Assembly: GCA_018303855.1 (NCBI GenBank)
Contig: JAGVXI010000012.1
Location: forward strand, 2,403 to 66,402
DNA from: Candidatus Pacearchaeota archaeon
Lineage (GTDB): Archaea > Nanobdellota > Nanobdellia > Pacearchaeales > GW2011-AR1
Direction: 5' to 3'
DNA: 64,000 bases
The first letter of the stretch is position 1. Each line of letters begins with the position of its first letter. Both the position numbers and the translations under genes were made by a program. Positions 41,772-52,069 of the stretch are shown piece after piece. The notes beneath the pieces are model-generated. The model was not told the origin of the DNA. It saw only the letters and a list, made by a program, of their open reading frames with translations, and made no database searches.

Positions 41772-43190
41772 TTATCCCTTAACAACAACCAAGGGTTTTA
41801 ATCTAGCAACTTTTTTGGATATTCCAAGCTCGTCGACAACCTCAACTACTTCATCAATGTCTTTGTAAGCTTCAGGCGCTTCTTCTGCAAGTGATTTCCA
41901 GCTTCCAGCTTTAACCTCTATACCTATTTTACTTAGACTCTTTTTAATTTCTTCTCCTCTAAAACTCCTTATTGAATCTGCTCTGCTTTTAACCCTTCCT
42001 GCTCCATGAACAGTGCTTGAAAATGTTAATTCTTCTGCTTTTTCTGTTCCGACTAAAATATACGACGCTGTGCCCATGCTTCCTGGAATTAAAACAGGCT
42101 GTCCTACTTGCCTGTACACGTCAGGAATTTCTTTTCTTCCTGCACCAAAACTTCTTGTGGCGCCTTTTCTGTGCACACAAACAATTTGTTTTTTGCCATT
42201 TACAACATGCTCTTCAAATTTCGCAATATTGTGGCAAATATCATATAAAACATCAATTTTTATTTTAGGAAAAAGCTTTTGCATTTCTTCTCTTACCCAA
42301 TGAGTTATAACCTGCTTGTTTGCAAAAGCAAAATTCACAGCACAGCACATTGCTTCATAATAATCCTTACCTAGTTTGCTTTCTATAGGTGCATTTATTA
42401 ATTCCCTATCAGGCAAATCTTTAAAGCCATACTCCTGTTCCATTAGTTTAATGTAATCTGAAGCAACTTGATGCCCTAATCCACGACTTCCGCAGTGAAT
42501 CATTATCACAACCTGCTCTTTTTCCAGTCCAAAAGCTTTTGCTATCTCTTTGTCAAAAATGTCGTCGACAAATTGCACTTCAAGGAAATGATTGCCAGCC
42601 CCTAAAGTTCCAACTTGTCCAATTCCTCTTTTTTTTGCTCTTTCACTTACTTTATCAGGATTTGCATTTTTCATACATCCTTCTTCTTCTGTATGCAGAT
42701 AATCTTCTTTAAACCCAAATCCTTTTTTAACAATATACTGCGCTCCACTTTTTAGCAATTCATCAAGCTCTTTATAAGAAATTTGAAATGTGCTTCCTCT
42801 ACCAACCCCCGAAGGTATTTTTCTATAAAGCGCTTCAACAATTTCTTTTTGTTTTTTTAAAATATCCTGTTTTTTCAAATTAGTTTTTAAAATTCGCACC
42901 GAGCAGTTAATATCGTACCCGACACCGCCAGGGCTTATTATTCCTTTGTCCATATCAAATGCTGCAACCCCACCAATTGGGAATCCGTAGCCTTGATGTG
43001 CATCTGATAATGCAATTGATGCTTTTAAAATGCCAGGCAGCATTGCAACATTTTTCACTTGCTCCAAAGTCTTATCTTTTTTAATCGCATTTAACAGTTT
43101 TTCAGAAGCATAGACTATACCAGGCACATTCATGTTGCCTGTTTTCGGTAGTTCATATGTATTTTTTGATATTTTTTTGAGTTCAGGCAT
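41772..43190 (-). CDS. rtcB: RNA 3'-phosphate ligase RtcB (tRNA-splicing ligase)
   Basis: DAHQGYGFPIGGV, GYDINCSVR, GAGNHFLEVQ, HNIA motifs. Confidence 0.9.
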   Translation of the reverse strand: MPELKKISKNTYELPKTGNMNVPGIVYASEKLLNAIKKDKTLEQVKNVAMLPGILKASIALSDAHQGYGFPIGGVAAFDMDKGIISPGGVGYDINCSVRILKTNLKKQDILKKQKEIVEALYRKIPSGVGRGSTFQISYKELDELLKSGAQYIVKKGFGFKEDYLHTEEEGCMKNANPDKVSERAKKRGIGQVGTLGAGNHFLEVQFVDDIFDKEIAKAFGLEKEQVVIMIHCGSRGLGHQVASDYIKLMEQEYGFKDLPDRELINAPIESKLGKDYYEAMCCAVNFAFANKQVITHWVREEMQKLFPKIKIDVLYDICHNIAKFEEHVVNGKKQIVCVHRKGATRSFGAGRKEIPDVYRQVGQPVLIPGSMGTASYILVGTEKAEELTFSSTVHGAGRVKSRADSIRSFRGEEIKKSLSKIGIEVKAGSWKSLAEEAPEAYKDIDEVVEVVDELGISKKVARLKPLVVVKG

Positions 43191-43454
43191 TTTTATTGTT
43201 TGTTATTTAATGCAGTTAAGTAGTTAGTTGTAGATTAGTTTAAGTAATATATAAGATTTGTTATTTTGTCCCTAGGTTATTAAGCTTAGAATGTGTGTAT
43301 TTAAATAATAGTTAAATTACATAAAAGTTGTTGTTAGGTAGTTAACTATCTTTTAGCTAATTAATTAAGAATAAACGCCTTTGTAAAACCAGTATGCTAA
43401 TTTTAACAATTAATTTGCTATGCTCTTGGTTTTGCTAATTACTTTATTAAACAA

Positions 43455-43910
43455 TCAAACATCAACAACAACCTGACAAATCCACTGCTTTTTCTTTTTG
43501 TCATGTTTGACAAACATATCGTTATAGGTTATTGCTTTAACATGTCCTGATAATTCATAATTTTTAACCTTATCGCCGGCAAGTTCAGCCTCAAGCCTAA
43601 ATTTCTCTTTATTAATTTTAATTTTCTTAACTTTATCTAATAAAAATCCTTTAGTCTCCAACACATAAATAACTTCTTCTAAAAAATTATACAATAAGCT
43701 TTCTAAGTCATTCCCGTTTACTTTTATATCAATTCTTTTTAACCCTTTAATCTGGTCATCACATATTATATTCGTTAATGCCAAAGTAGAATTGTCAAAT
43801 GCTTCTTCAAGGCTTTTTCCAAAAGCCTGAAATTTTACATCTGCAGTATGGCTTAAAAATTTGAAGTTTTTTATTTTTGGGGTTTTTTGTCTCATAAATA
43901 AATTAAACAA
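43455..43910 (-). CDS. archease (RtcB activator)
   Basis: FKFLSHTADVKFQAFGKSLEEAF matches the archease N-terminal motif; adjacent to rtcB. Confidence 0.8.
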   Translation of the reverse strand: MFNLFMRQKTPKIKNFKFLSHTADVKFQAFGKSLEEAFDNSTLALTNIICDDQIKGLKRIDIKVNGNDLESLLYNFLEEVIYVLETKGFLLDKVKKIKINKEKFRLEAELAGDKVKNYELSGHVKAITYNDMFVKHDKKKKQWICQVVVDV

Positions 43911-44001
43911 AGAAGTTATATAAACATTTTTAATTATTTAAGTTAGAGTACAGCTCAAAAAAGCATAATGTATTTAAATACTGTTTTCTTTATTTAATAT
44001 A

Positions 44002-44430
44002 ATGGAAAAAAAGAGGCTTAATCTCATAATAGTGGGAATAGGAGTAATTTTTATTTTAGGTTTCTTTGTTTATGCTTACACAGTTAATATACCAAATCCA
44101 GGGCATGGAGGAGATGAAGTTTCAGTTTTTATTTCAGGGCAAACAAAAACATTACAACAATCAATTGACGATGGGAGTTTTGAGAGTGTTGTTTTAGGGT
44201 CACCTGGTTTTAATTGTAATATTAAATATCTTGATGCAAATCAGCCCACAATAATCTGCCCTTCAGATTATCCAGAGTTAGTTGGAGGGGGATGCACATC
44301 TTTTTGGGGTGAAGCTTGGAGAGAATTTTTGCCATCTAAATCAACTGAATCATTTCATTGTAACGACGCTTCAGCAGGAGGAGGTGTTTATACTGCTTGG
44401 GCAATGTGCTGTAAATCTATAACTTCATAA
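44002..44430 (+). CDS. Cys-rich small secreted protein, paralog 1 of a tandem triplet
   Basis: N-terminal TM/signal helix; C-terminal domain with GGGC...W...AMCCK motif shared with the next two genes. Confidence 0.55.
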   Translation: MEKKRLNLIIVGIGVIFILGFFVYAYTVNIPNPGHGGDEVSVFISGQTKTLQQSIDDGSFESVVLGSPGFNCNIKYLDANQPTIICPSDYPELVGGGCTSFWGEAWREFLPSKSTESFHCNDASAGGGVYTAWAMCCKSITS

Positions 44431-44431
44431 A

Positions 44432-44854
44432 ATGAAAACTCAAAATCATTATAAAAGATATTTCAATTTACTAATTGCATTGGCAATGTTAATTATTTTA
44501 ACTTTTGTAGTGGTAGCAGTTTTTGGACATTCTGCAAGTCAAACTTTGGTTAACACACCAAAATGCGGGGAAGTAGATTTGCAATATGCCTTGGATAATA
44601 ATTGTTTTACAACTAAACATCTTGAATGTTCAAGGGTTGCTGGTTCTCTTCAAGAAGCTTCTTTTGTGCCATGTCCTACTGGTACAGTTACTTTAGGAGG
44701 GGGTTGTGTTAGATCTAGCGGAACTAATTGGGATCATATTAGCAGGCCACAAGGAAGGACTGTTAATGGGCAATATTTAGAGGGATGGGCTTGTCAAGTT
44801 ACAGGGGGAAGTGTTACTGCATATGCAATGTGTTGTAGTGTAGTTGGAAATTAA
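44432..44854 (+). CDS. Cys-rich small secreted protein, paralog 2
   Basis: 8 Cys; NNC, GGGC and AMCCS motifs; 1-nt gap to paralog 1. Confidence 0.55.
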   Translation: MKTQNHYKRYFNLLIALAMLIILTFVVVAVFGHSASQTLVNTPKCGEVDLQYALDNNCFTTKHLECSRVAGSLQEASFVPCPTGTVTLGGGCVRSSGTNWDHISRPQGRTVNGQYLEGWACQVTGGSVTAYAMCCSVVGN

Positions 44855-45293
44855 AATGAACAAAAAAATAAATAAATCTTGGGCTAAAAAGACATTTGTT
44901 TTAGTTTTGTCTTTATTTATTATTGTTGCTGCTTCGGTTTTTATTTACTCAGCTGTTCCAGGAGTTTCACATACAAGCGATGAAATATTTTTAGACACTT
45001 CTTCTTGTGGTTCTGTTACTTTAAAGTATGCTATAGATAATAATTGTCTTCCTTCATCTGCTACACTTAATTGTGCTGAGGTTTCTGTTAGGAGTGCTAC
45101 TACAAATACAGCTACTGCTGCATGTAGCGCAGGATATATTGCTGTGAGTGGTGGTTGCGCATCTCCAAATGGAGATAGATGGACAAGACTTTTACCAGAA
45201 GATTTAAATTCTGATGGGATATATGAAAGTTTTGTTTGTTCAAACAATTTAAATGATGTTACAGCAAAAGCAATTTGTTGCAAATTATCTTAG
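44844..45293 (+). CDS. Cys-rich small secreted protein, paralog 3
   Basis: 8 Cys in the same spacing (C..NNC..C..C..GGC..C..CC); overlaps paralog 2 by 11 nt. Confidence 0.55.
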   Translation: MEIKMNKKINKSWAKKTFVLVLSLFIIVAASVFIYSAVPGVSHTSDEIFLDTSSCGSVTLKYAIDNNCLPSSATLNCAEVSVRSATTNTATAACSAGYIAVSGGCASPNGDRWTRLLPEDLNSDGIYESFVCSNNLNDVTAKAICCKLS

Positions 45294-45333
45294 ACTTTGT
45301 GATTAATATCTTTCTAATTTCGTTTAGTATTCC

Positions 45334-45786
45334 TCACCTCACCCAGCAAAACATTTTCAACTGTCTTGGGTTATATACGGTGGAAGTTGCAGTTATCGCA
45401 ATGCTCTCAGCATAAATGTCTTTTCCAAGAGCTTCATTAGGAATAGAATTAAGCTTGCAAAGCGTATCTAACTCGCATATTTTGGCTGCACAATTCAAAT
45501 AATTAGGTATTCTATTGGTGATTTTGTTGATAACATTTGCTGGAACGTTATCATCAGGATTTTCATCTGGGTTATCGGGAATATTTACCCCCAAAACCTC
45601 GTTTCTTAAATTATCATTCAGCTCAATCTCTCTTAACACAGCCCATTCTGCATCTCTCACTTGCCCAGAGATGTCTTTTTTTCCAATATATCCTTTATTC
45701 ATCACTAAAAGCAAAACTCCTGTAATTAGCAATATTGCAACAAACGCTTCAACAATTCTTATCCATCCTCTTTTTCCTTGTAGCAT
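45334..45786 (-). CDS. pilin-like protein with class III-type signal
   Basis: MLQGKRG|WIRIVEAFVAILLITGVLLLV (basic leader, Gly, hydrophobic helix with Glu). Confidence 0.5.
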   Translation of the reverse strand: MLQGKRGWIRIVEAFVAILLITGVLLLVMNKGYIGKKDISGQVRDAEWAVLREIELNDNLRNEVLGVNIPDNPDENPDDNVPANVINKITNRIPNYLNCAAKICELDTLCKLNSIPNEALGKDIYAESIAITATSTVYNPRQLKMFCWVR

Positions 45787-46146
45787 TTTTTGTTTTCTGG
45801 GATTTAAGCAATAATCTTTTCAACTTTGGAATTATTAACCATTTAATCGTAGCCTGCTTTAATTAATTAACTTCAACTTAATTTATGACAACACCACCTT
45901 ATCACATTTATATTATTAGCATTCATTACATTTTATTAATCTAATGCACTAATAATCTCTAACCCCACATCTTTTTTATTAAAAGCAACTCCTACCTCTT
46001 TAATATTTACTAATCTTACCATTTTATTATTAATTATACTATCACCTAAACATTATATAGGTTATACTTTTAATCTTATAGTAACATGCTGGTTTAATAC
46101 CTCTTATTATCAATAAATTTATCAATATTTACTATTTTTTAAATCT

Positions 46147-46980
46147 TCACCAGACTTTTATTGTAAGTGTTCCACTATTTATGCTTGCTATCTGATTGAT
46201 GAACTGAACAGGAATTTCTTTTGAGTAAATACTTGCTCTGGTTTCTTTTTCGGCAGGCTGAACTATTTCGCCAGTTTCTTCATCTGTAAAAATAAAAATA
46301 AATTCAGTATCAGATGGAATATCTAACTGTTGCTTTAAATTGTTATATCCTGCTTCATAAGATGTTTTAAACTCATCAACCTTTGTTTTGAAAGCGTAAT
46401 TGCTTGTTTTTATAAATCCAATAGTATAAGTATTATCACTTAATGGCGTGGTAGCAATATAATTCAGGTTTTTAGTTGATGTGCAACTAACTGCACCTGT
46501 TGGCTCAAAAGGCTCATCAGCATAATCAATTTTAAAAGATACATCAGCAGAACTGCCAGCACTTATAGAACTTTTTAATCCTATTTTTAAATAACTTGTG
46601 GATAGTAAATATGGCTGAATTGTTTCAATTCCTGTAGATGTTTCTATTTGCCTAACAACTATACTCTTTCCCTGAATGCCTGCAATAAAATTTTCTGGTG
46701 AGCCATCAGATAAAAGTGAGATGCAGTCTATACTCATTCCTGTAGGTGGAGGTTCAATGGTAATTTTTGCCTTAATTACCGCATTTGTCAGCTCAGCAGA
46801 AACCGAGCTGATTATCTCTTCTTTTAACAAGTCTAATACTATCTGCTTGTCTTTGTTTAATTTTACTGCTGGCTGTATAGTTGTGTAAATGAAAATTAAA
46901 AATGTTACAAATATGACAAAACTAAGTATTACTCCTACATGTGTGCCGCCTCTTTTTTTTTCAAACATTTTATGCCCCAA
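46147..46980 (-). CDS. pilus-associated membrane-anchored protein (pilin-like N-terminus)
   Basis: MFEKKRGG|THVGVILSFVIFVTFLIFIY then ~240-aa exodomain. Confidence 0.45.
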   Translation of the reverse strand: MGHKMFEKKRGGTHVGVILSFVIFVTFLIFIYTTIQPAVKLNKDKQIVLDLLKEEIISSVSAELTNAVIKAKITIEPPPTGMSIDCISLLSDGSPENFIAGIQGKSIVVRQIETSTGIETIQPYLLSTSYLKIGLKSSISAGSSADVSFKIDYADEPFEPTGAVSCTSTKNLNYIATTPLSDNTYTIGFIKTSNYAFKTKVDEFKTSYEAGYNNLKQQLDIPSDTEFIFIFTDEETGEIVQPAEKETRASIYSKEIPVQFINQIASINSGTLTIKVW

Positions 46981-47824
46981 AAATAATATTTGCTCCTGCA
47001 GAAGTTAAAAATGAGCCAAGCATTAGTATAAAAGAGTGTTTCACGCCTGCTTTAATGCTTTCTTCTGCAAGTTTGCCTATTGCTAGTCCGCTAAAAAAAC
47101 CCTGAACTAAAAGCAAATACAAAAATGAGTTTGAAATCTCTTGCTGGTTTATTCCGCTGCCGCCTCCAACAATTCCGCCTATATCTTCGGTTGTTGTTCC
47201 AACATCAGTTAGCCCAGTCAATAATGGTAAGATTTTAAACTGCATTACTAAGATAATAATCAGGAAAATTATAAAAATGATATAGCCTTGGACAACCAAT
47301 GTTGAAATAATTGCTTTTCTCTCTTTTTTTAAAGCATCTGAAGTAGTAACTGCTCCTGCAACTGCCTCTAGAATCTGTCCAATGTCTCCTCCTGCTTGTT
47401 CTGCCTGCCCAATTAATGTAAGAGCTCGTGAAATTGTATTATTGTTAACATCATTGGCGAATGTTTGTAATGCTTTATTAAGAGGAATTCCCAGTGAAAT
47501 TTGGTTTGCTAATTTCTGCACATTCTCACTCAATACCCCGTAAGATTTGTCTTTTACATTCACAATACTCCTGCTGATTGGTGTGCCTGCTTTGACGCTT
47601 TCAACCAGGTTACGTGCAAATTCCAAGAACATCTCTTCTTTTTCATTGGTTATTTGGGTTTCAATAATAACAGAGATTACAAAAGGCAAAATTCCTATTA
47701 TAACTCCTATCCCGATGATCAATGCAAACCAGTTAGTCCCATAAGCAAAAAAAGAACTGCCTATGATAAGCGCAGCTATTATCACACCGCCCATATGCAC
47801 TGCCTTTATTTCCATTTTATTCAA
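46970..47824 (-). CDS. T2SS-F domain membrane platform protein (TadC/FlaJ-like), smaller of two
   Basis: Polytopic; ...LIGQAEQAGGDIGQILEAVAG... typical of GspF/TadC cytoplasmic loop. Confidence 0.65.
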   Translation of the reverse strand: MNKMEIKAVHMGGVIIAALIIGSSFFAYGTNWFALIIGIGVIIGILPFVISVIIETQITNEKEEMFLEFARNLVESVKAGTPISRSIVNVKDKSYGVLSENVQKLANQISLGIPLNKALQTFANDVNNNTISRALTLIGQAEQAGGDIGQILEAVAGAVTTSDALKKERKAIISTLVVQGYIIFIIFLIIILVMQFKILPLLTGLTDVGTTTEDIGGIVGGGSGINQQEISNSFLYLLLVQGFFSGLAIGKLAEESIKAGVKHSFILMLGSFLTSAGANIIFGA

Positions 47825-47826
47825 AT

Positions 47827-48141
47827 CTATTCAGTAATGATACGTCGTACAATGAATACTAAAGTAAATATTAGCGAAGAGATTATAAAATATTTTCTCC
47901 ATAATTTCATTTCTAACCAAGTAGCTATATAGATAGTGCTTATTGTAGTAAGTAGGTAAAGACCCCCAAGAATAACTAAACTATATGGAGCTGATCTAAT
48001 AAAAAATCCAGTTATGGCTTGAGTCAGAAAAATTGATGCAAAAGCCAATCCTGCAGCTGATATAAATGTAAAATAAAATAGAAAAAATAAATAATCTCTT
48101 TTCTTTATGTAATCTGTATGGTACTCTTTATTTTTTTTCAT
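47827..48141 (-). CDS. small membrane protein (3 TM) between the platform genes
   Basis: 104-aa hydrophobic ORF tightly packed between neighbours. Confidence 0.35.
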   Translation of the reverse strand: MKKNKEYHTDYIKKRDYLFFLFYFTFISAAGLAFASIFLTQAITGFFIRSAPYSLVILGGLYLLTTISTIYIATWLEMKLWRKYFIISSLIFTLVFIVRRIITE

Positions 48142-48142
48142 T

Positions 48143-49495
48143 TTATTTTGATGGCTGTTTTAAATGTAAAAATGTTAGGAAGACAATATTAATAGCTGTA
48201 ACACCCAAAATCATTAGCAAGGTTATCATTTGGTTGCTTAAAGCAATTCCCAAACCGCTAATTTTAATCATCATCAGCAAAAGCATAAAAATCATCGGAG
48301 CAGCAATTACAACGCTGATATAAATGTCCATAAAAGTTTCAGCAGTTCTGGTATATTTTTCCCTCTCAAGCCTGTAATCAAATAAAAGGCTTTGAGCTCT
48401 TTTATCAAAAAAATCCGGCAAATTTCCACCAGAACTTATTGTTGTTGCTATCCCATTAAAAAGTTCAGCCAGTTTTTTGCTTGGGCTGTTCGTTGCATTG
48501 TTTCTTAGAGCACTTACAAGATCATAGCCATAGACATTAATTTCATTTATTAGTTTTGTAAATTCCCTTGTTAAATACGGGTATTCTTCTGTTGAAATAA
48601 TAATGCTGAATATCTTGCTTGGCTCTATCATTGAGCCGGATATTGCTGCCATATGTATTGTTGCAAAAGGCAATTCCTGATCAATTCTGCTTTCATTGGA
48701 CTTTTTTTCAAGCGAAGGATAAACATACATGGATAAGAATGTTAATACTGGTACAGCAAGAATAATCCAAAAAACTTTCAGAAATCTTTCAAATAATGAG
48801 CCAGTTACTTGGGTAATAATTGGAAGTTCTGCAACAATATTAAAGAATAAAAAAAAGATAAACAACAAAAAGCCCGCAAAAAGAGAGATAATTGTGGTCA
48901 GCAGCGTGATAGCAATATAGCTTGTAGGGAGTATGGAAATATTTGCTTTTACCAAATTCCGTTTTAATGCTCTGAACATTTTTTTTTGCATAAGATTTAA
49001 TGAAATTCCTGAAAATAAATTGTTAGCAAATTTGATGTAACTGCTTGGTTTTTTTATTTTCTTTTTTGTTACTTTTTTGCTCTTTTTTCCCAGTCTTTTT
49101 AAAGTAAATCTTTCAAATTCTGTGGTCTTTTTGAAATAATTTCTTGCAGTTAGAAGTGGGTTGATGTTATGCTGGGCCATTGTTCTATGGTTAGCCTGCA
49201 CTCTTTCATATTTTTTTCCTAAATCATTTTCTCCTTTTTCAATGTTTTTTGTCGCTTTATCAAATCCAAAGGTGTCTTTTTGTTCAGAGGATAGTGGTTT
49301 AACCAGCATTATTCTATGCAAAATTTGCAGAATATTCTCATTGGTTTGTTTTAGCTTTTCAAGAAGTAATCTTCCCATTTTTTCGTCTGTCTTTTTTTGA
49401 GAAAGAATGCCTATCTGTTCAACTAAAATTTTTTCCTGGGCAATATGCTGTTGTAGAACTTCAAATGTTTTTAATTCATCTATTCCAGACTTCAT
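48143..49495 (-). CDS. T2SS-F domain membrane platform protein (TadB/FlaJ-like), larger
   Basis: 450 aa, multiple TM, T2SSF-like loop (NGIATTISSGGNLPDFF...). Confidence 0.65.
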   Translation of the reverse strand: MKSGIDELKTFEVLQQHIAQEKILVEQIGILSQKKTDEKMGRLLLEKLKQTNENILQILHRIMLVKPLSSEQKDTFGFDKATKNIEKGENDLGKKYERVQANHRTMAQHNINPLLTARNYFKKTTEFERFTLKRLGKKSKKVTKKKIKKPSSYIKFANNLFSGISLNLMQKKMFRALKRNLVKANISILPTSYIAITLLTTIISLFAGFLLFIFFLFFNIVAELPIITQVTGSLFERFLKVFWIILAVPVLTFLSMYVYPSLEKKSNESRIDQELPFATIHMAAISGSMIEPSKIFSIIISTEEYPYLTREFTKLINEINVYGYDLVSALRNNATNSPSKKLAELFNGIATTISSGGNLPDFFDKRAQSLLFDYRLEREKYTRTAETFMDIYISVVIAAPMIFMLLLMMIKISGLGIALSNQMITLLMILGVTAINIVFLTFLHLKQPSK

Positions 49496-49656
49496 TTTAT
49501 AGCATCAGACATCCTTCTATTAATCTGAAGCATGAATTTTTTTATTTTATTGAACTCTTCGCTATCTTTTTTATAATAAGCTTCTCTAAGTTTTGATTCA
49601 GCCTCATTTAAAGATTCAACTAACTGTTTTAGAAAGACAATATCATCCTCTTTCAT
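49492..49656 (-). CDS. small helical protein (54 aa) translationally coupled to the platform gene
   Basis: ORF below track threshold; its TGA overlaps the ATG of the 48143-49495 gene (ATGA). Confidence 0.3.
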   Translation of the reverse strand: MKEDDIVFLKQLVESLNEAESKLREAYYKKDSEEFNKIKKFMLQINRRMSDAIK

Positions 49657-49814
49657 AGCTAAAAAAGGTTATTTGCATTATTAAATTTAATGGTTTTTGG
49701 GATTAAATTTAATTAACTATCCGCAATAAATTCATTTAATTTGGTTTATAGGTGAATTGTGCTACATAAAATTATGCATTTTGTATATTCCGTAAGCATG
49801 ATAATAATTTGATA

Positions 49815-50023
49815 TGTCAAGAATTGTTTTTTATGCAAACTCCCTACTTTAGTTCGCGAGACTTCAAGATTGTTATTAGGATTGGCAATCTTGACAGCAC
49901 TCAAGAATCTTCGATTCTTGATGGAATAAAAACAATTCTTGAGCACTTCAAGATTCTTTTATAGAATCTTGATAGTCGTCAAAAACAATGTTTTTGAGAT
50001 GCTCAAGAACCAGACACGCCATA
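49815..50023. repeat. MITE-like palindromic repeat, copy B (~210 bp, expanded, lacks right TIR)
   Basis: Shares termini and core with copy A; extra internal palindromes built on TCAAGAAT/ATTCTTGA (e.g. ctcaagaatcttcgattcttgatgg). Confidence 0.5.
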
Positions 50024-50120
50024 AGATAGTTAATAATTGATGCTAGAGATTAAGCTCAATGCAGTTGATAATGCGACATTCAAATTAAAATTGTACTCTA
50101 AAACTAGTTTTTCTATTTAA

Positions 50121-51677
50121 CTATTGCACCCCAAATTTCTGCAAAACTTCTTTAGGCTTTTTATAATATTCATTTATAATCTCCTGCACTTTTTTAAATT
50201 CAAATATTTTTTGCTGATATAACTTGTAAATTATCTGAACTCTTCTTTTAAATTCTAAATCGAGCTCATTCATTGTCAATCCATATCGCTTGGCAATTTT
50301 TTCAAATATCTTGCTGTTTTTTTTGAAATAAAACTGGTCATCTTTTGGGTTCCAAACATAAGGCGTGTTGGTTAATGCAATTCCATCAGGAGTGACATTA
50401 ATAATTTCAACTATTGATTTGAGTTTTCTTGTCTCCTGCTTTTTAACAATTGCATGCGTCATAATACAAACACAATCAAGAACATTCAGCAAAGTTGGAG
50501 ATAAATTAATCGGGGGGGTTTCTAATCTTTTAATAACTGTATCAACTGATTCAGCATGAATAGTGCTTATTGAACTATGCCCAGAAGCCATACCCTGAAA
50601 CAGCACATACGCTTCTTTTCCCCTAACTTCCCCAACAATAACATAATCAGGAGTTTGTCTAAAAGAGCTTTTTAATAATGCAAAAAGGTCAATTTCTCCA
50701 ATATTTCCTAAACCAGTTGCACTCCTGACAACACTTGGAAGCCAGTTTTCCCTTGGCAAATTTAGTTCTCTAGTATCTTCAATTGAAACAACTCTTGCTT
50801 CAGGAGGGATGAAAAATGCAATAGCGTTTAGCAAGGTTGTTTTTCCAGATGCAGTGCCTCCTGTTATAAGGACATTCATTTTATACTGAATTAACAGCCA
50901 TAAATAAGCAAGCATTTCAGGGCTTAATGTATTGAACCCTATTAACCTTGTAGGAGTCCAGGGCGTTTTTGTAAACTTTCTCATCGTAAATGTTGGTCCC
51001 CTGGTTGTTACATCTGTTGTATAAGTAGCATTAACTCTGCTTCCATCAGGCAGGCTTCCATCTAAAATCGGATTTGCATAAGAAATATATTTTCCGCATC
51101 TTTGCGCGAGTTTTTCAACAAAACTTGCGAGGTACTCAGTATCATTAAAAATAACATTTGTCTTGAGGTTCCTGTAAAGTCTATGAACAATGTAAAGGGG
51201 CGTATTTGCCCCATTGCATTCAATGTCTTCAATAAAATAATCTCTTAATAATGGGTCAATTTCATTAAATCCCATAAAATCCCTGCATAAATAATAATAG
51301 ATTTTTCTGTAACTTCCATACGGGATATCAAATCCAAGCTCTATTGCTATAATCTTAAACATTCTATCAATATATTCCAATAAGGCTTCCCTGCTTTTTT
51401 CAACAATGACATTGAAATTAACCATCTCTCTCATAGCAGTTTTTATTTGCTCCAGCACAGCACTTTCATCAGGGGTTAATATTGGTTCTTCAATTTCATA
51501 AAGAACTTCAGAAATCTGAGGATTCCAGTAAATGTGGGCAAATGCAAAGGGGTAAATGAGGTTATATCTTATGTTTATTTTTGTCTTATCCTTGAACTTT
51601 CTCATTGGTTTAATTTCCGGATTAAAATCAATTTCCACCCTCGGATAATTTTGCATGTTTATTTTTTCCTGTTCCAT
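50121..51677 (-). CDS. type IV pilus/archaellum-family assembly ATPase (FlaI/TadA/VirB11-like secretion NTPase)
   Basis: Walker A VLITGGTASGKTT, E-rich box, His box; ~520 aa. Confidence 0.85.
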   Translation of the reverse strand: MEQEKINMQNYPRVEIDFNPEIKPMRKFKDKTKINIRYNLIYPFAFAHIYWNPQISEVLYEIEEPILTPDESAVLEQIKTAMREMVNFNVIVEKSREALLEYIDRMFKIIAIELGFDIPYGSYRKIYYYLCRDFMGFNEIDPLLRDYFIEDIECNGANTPLYIVHRLYRNLKTNVIFNDTEYLASFVEKLAQRCGKYISYANPILDGSLPDGSRVNATYTTDVTTRGPTFTMRKFTKTPWTPTRLIGFNTLSPEMLAYLWLLIQYKMNVLITGGTASGKTTLLNAIAFFIPPEARVVSIEDTRELNLPRENWLPSVVRSATGLGNIGEIDLFALLKSSFRQTPDYVIVGEVRGKEAYVLFQGMASGHSSISTIHAESVDTVIKRLETPPINLSPTLLNVLDCVCIMTHAIVKKQETRKLKSIVEIINVTPDGIALTNTPYVWNPKDDQFYFKKNSKIFEKIAKRYGLTMNELDLEFKRRVQIIYKLYQQKIFEFKKVQEIINEYYKKPKEVLQKFGVQ

Positions 51678-52069
51678 TTTGCCTCTTTTTTGTTTTTATG
51701 CATTATTTAACTTAGCAAATATATAAGCTTTAATATGCTAATCTTAATTCACTTAACATTTAATTGATAGCAGCTGATATATGCGCAACATAGTTAATAT
51801 TGACTTCACAGCCTTTTTACATTAACCAACTCCCACTTCTTTCCATTAGCAACTTTTTTTAATAAATTACCGCCTATTTTTTACTTAATAATCTCTTTTT
51901 TAACAACTTTTTTACTTTAATGATATACCTTAAGTATCCTTATTAACTGATGCTTTTTATCTAATTTGTGTTATTATCTTGTCAGCTTTATCTTACCTGT
52001 TTAACATAACTATTATCATTTAACCCAACAATCGCTCTCTAATATAATAAACTCTGCAATTTTTTAAAT

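Noticed and set aside
49746-49946. 66-aa ORF overlapping repeat copy B.
   Set aside because: Falls within a palindromic non-coding repeat that recurs at 5071-5188 without coding potential.
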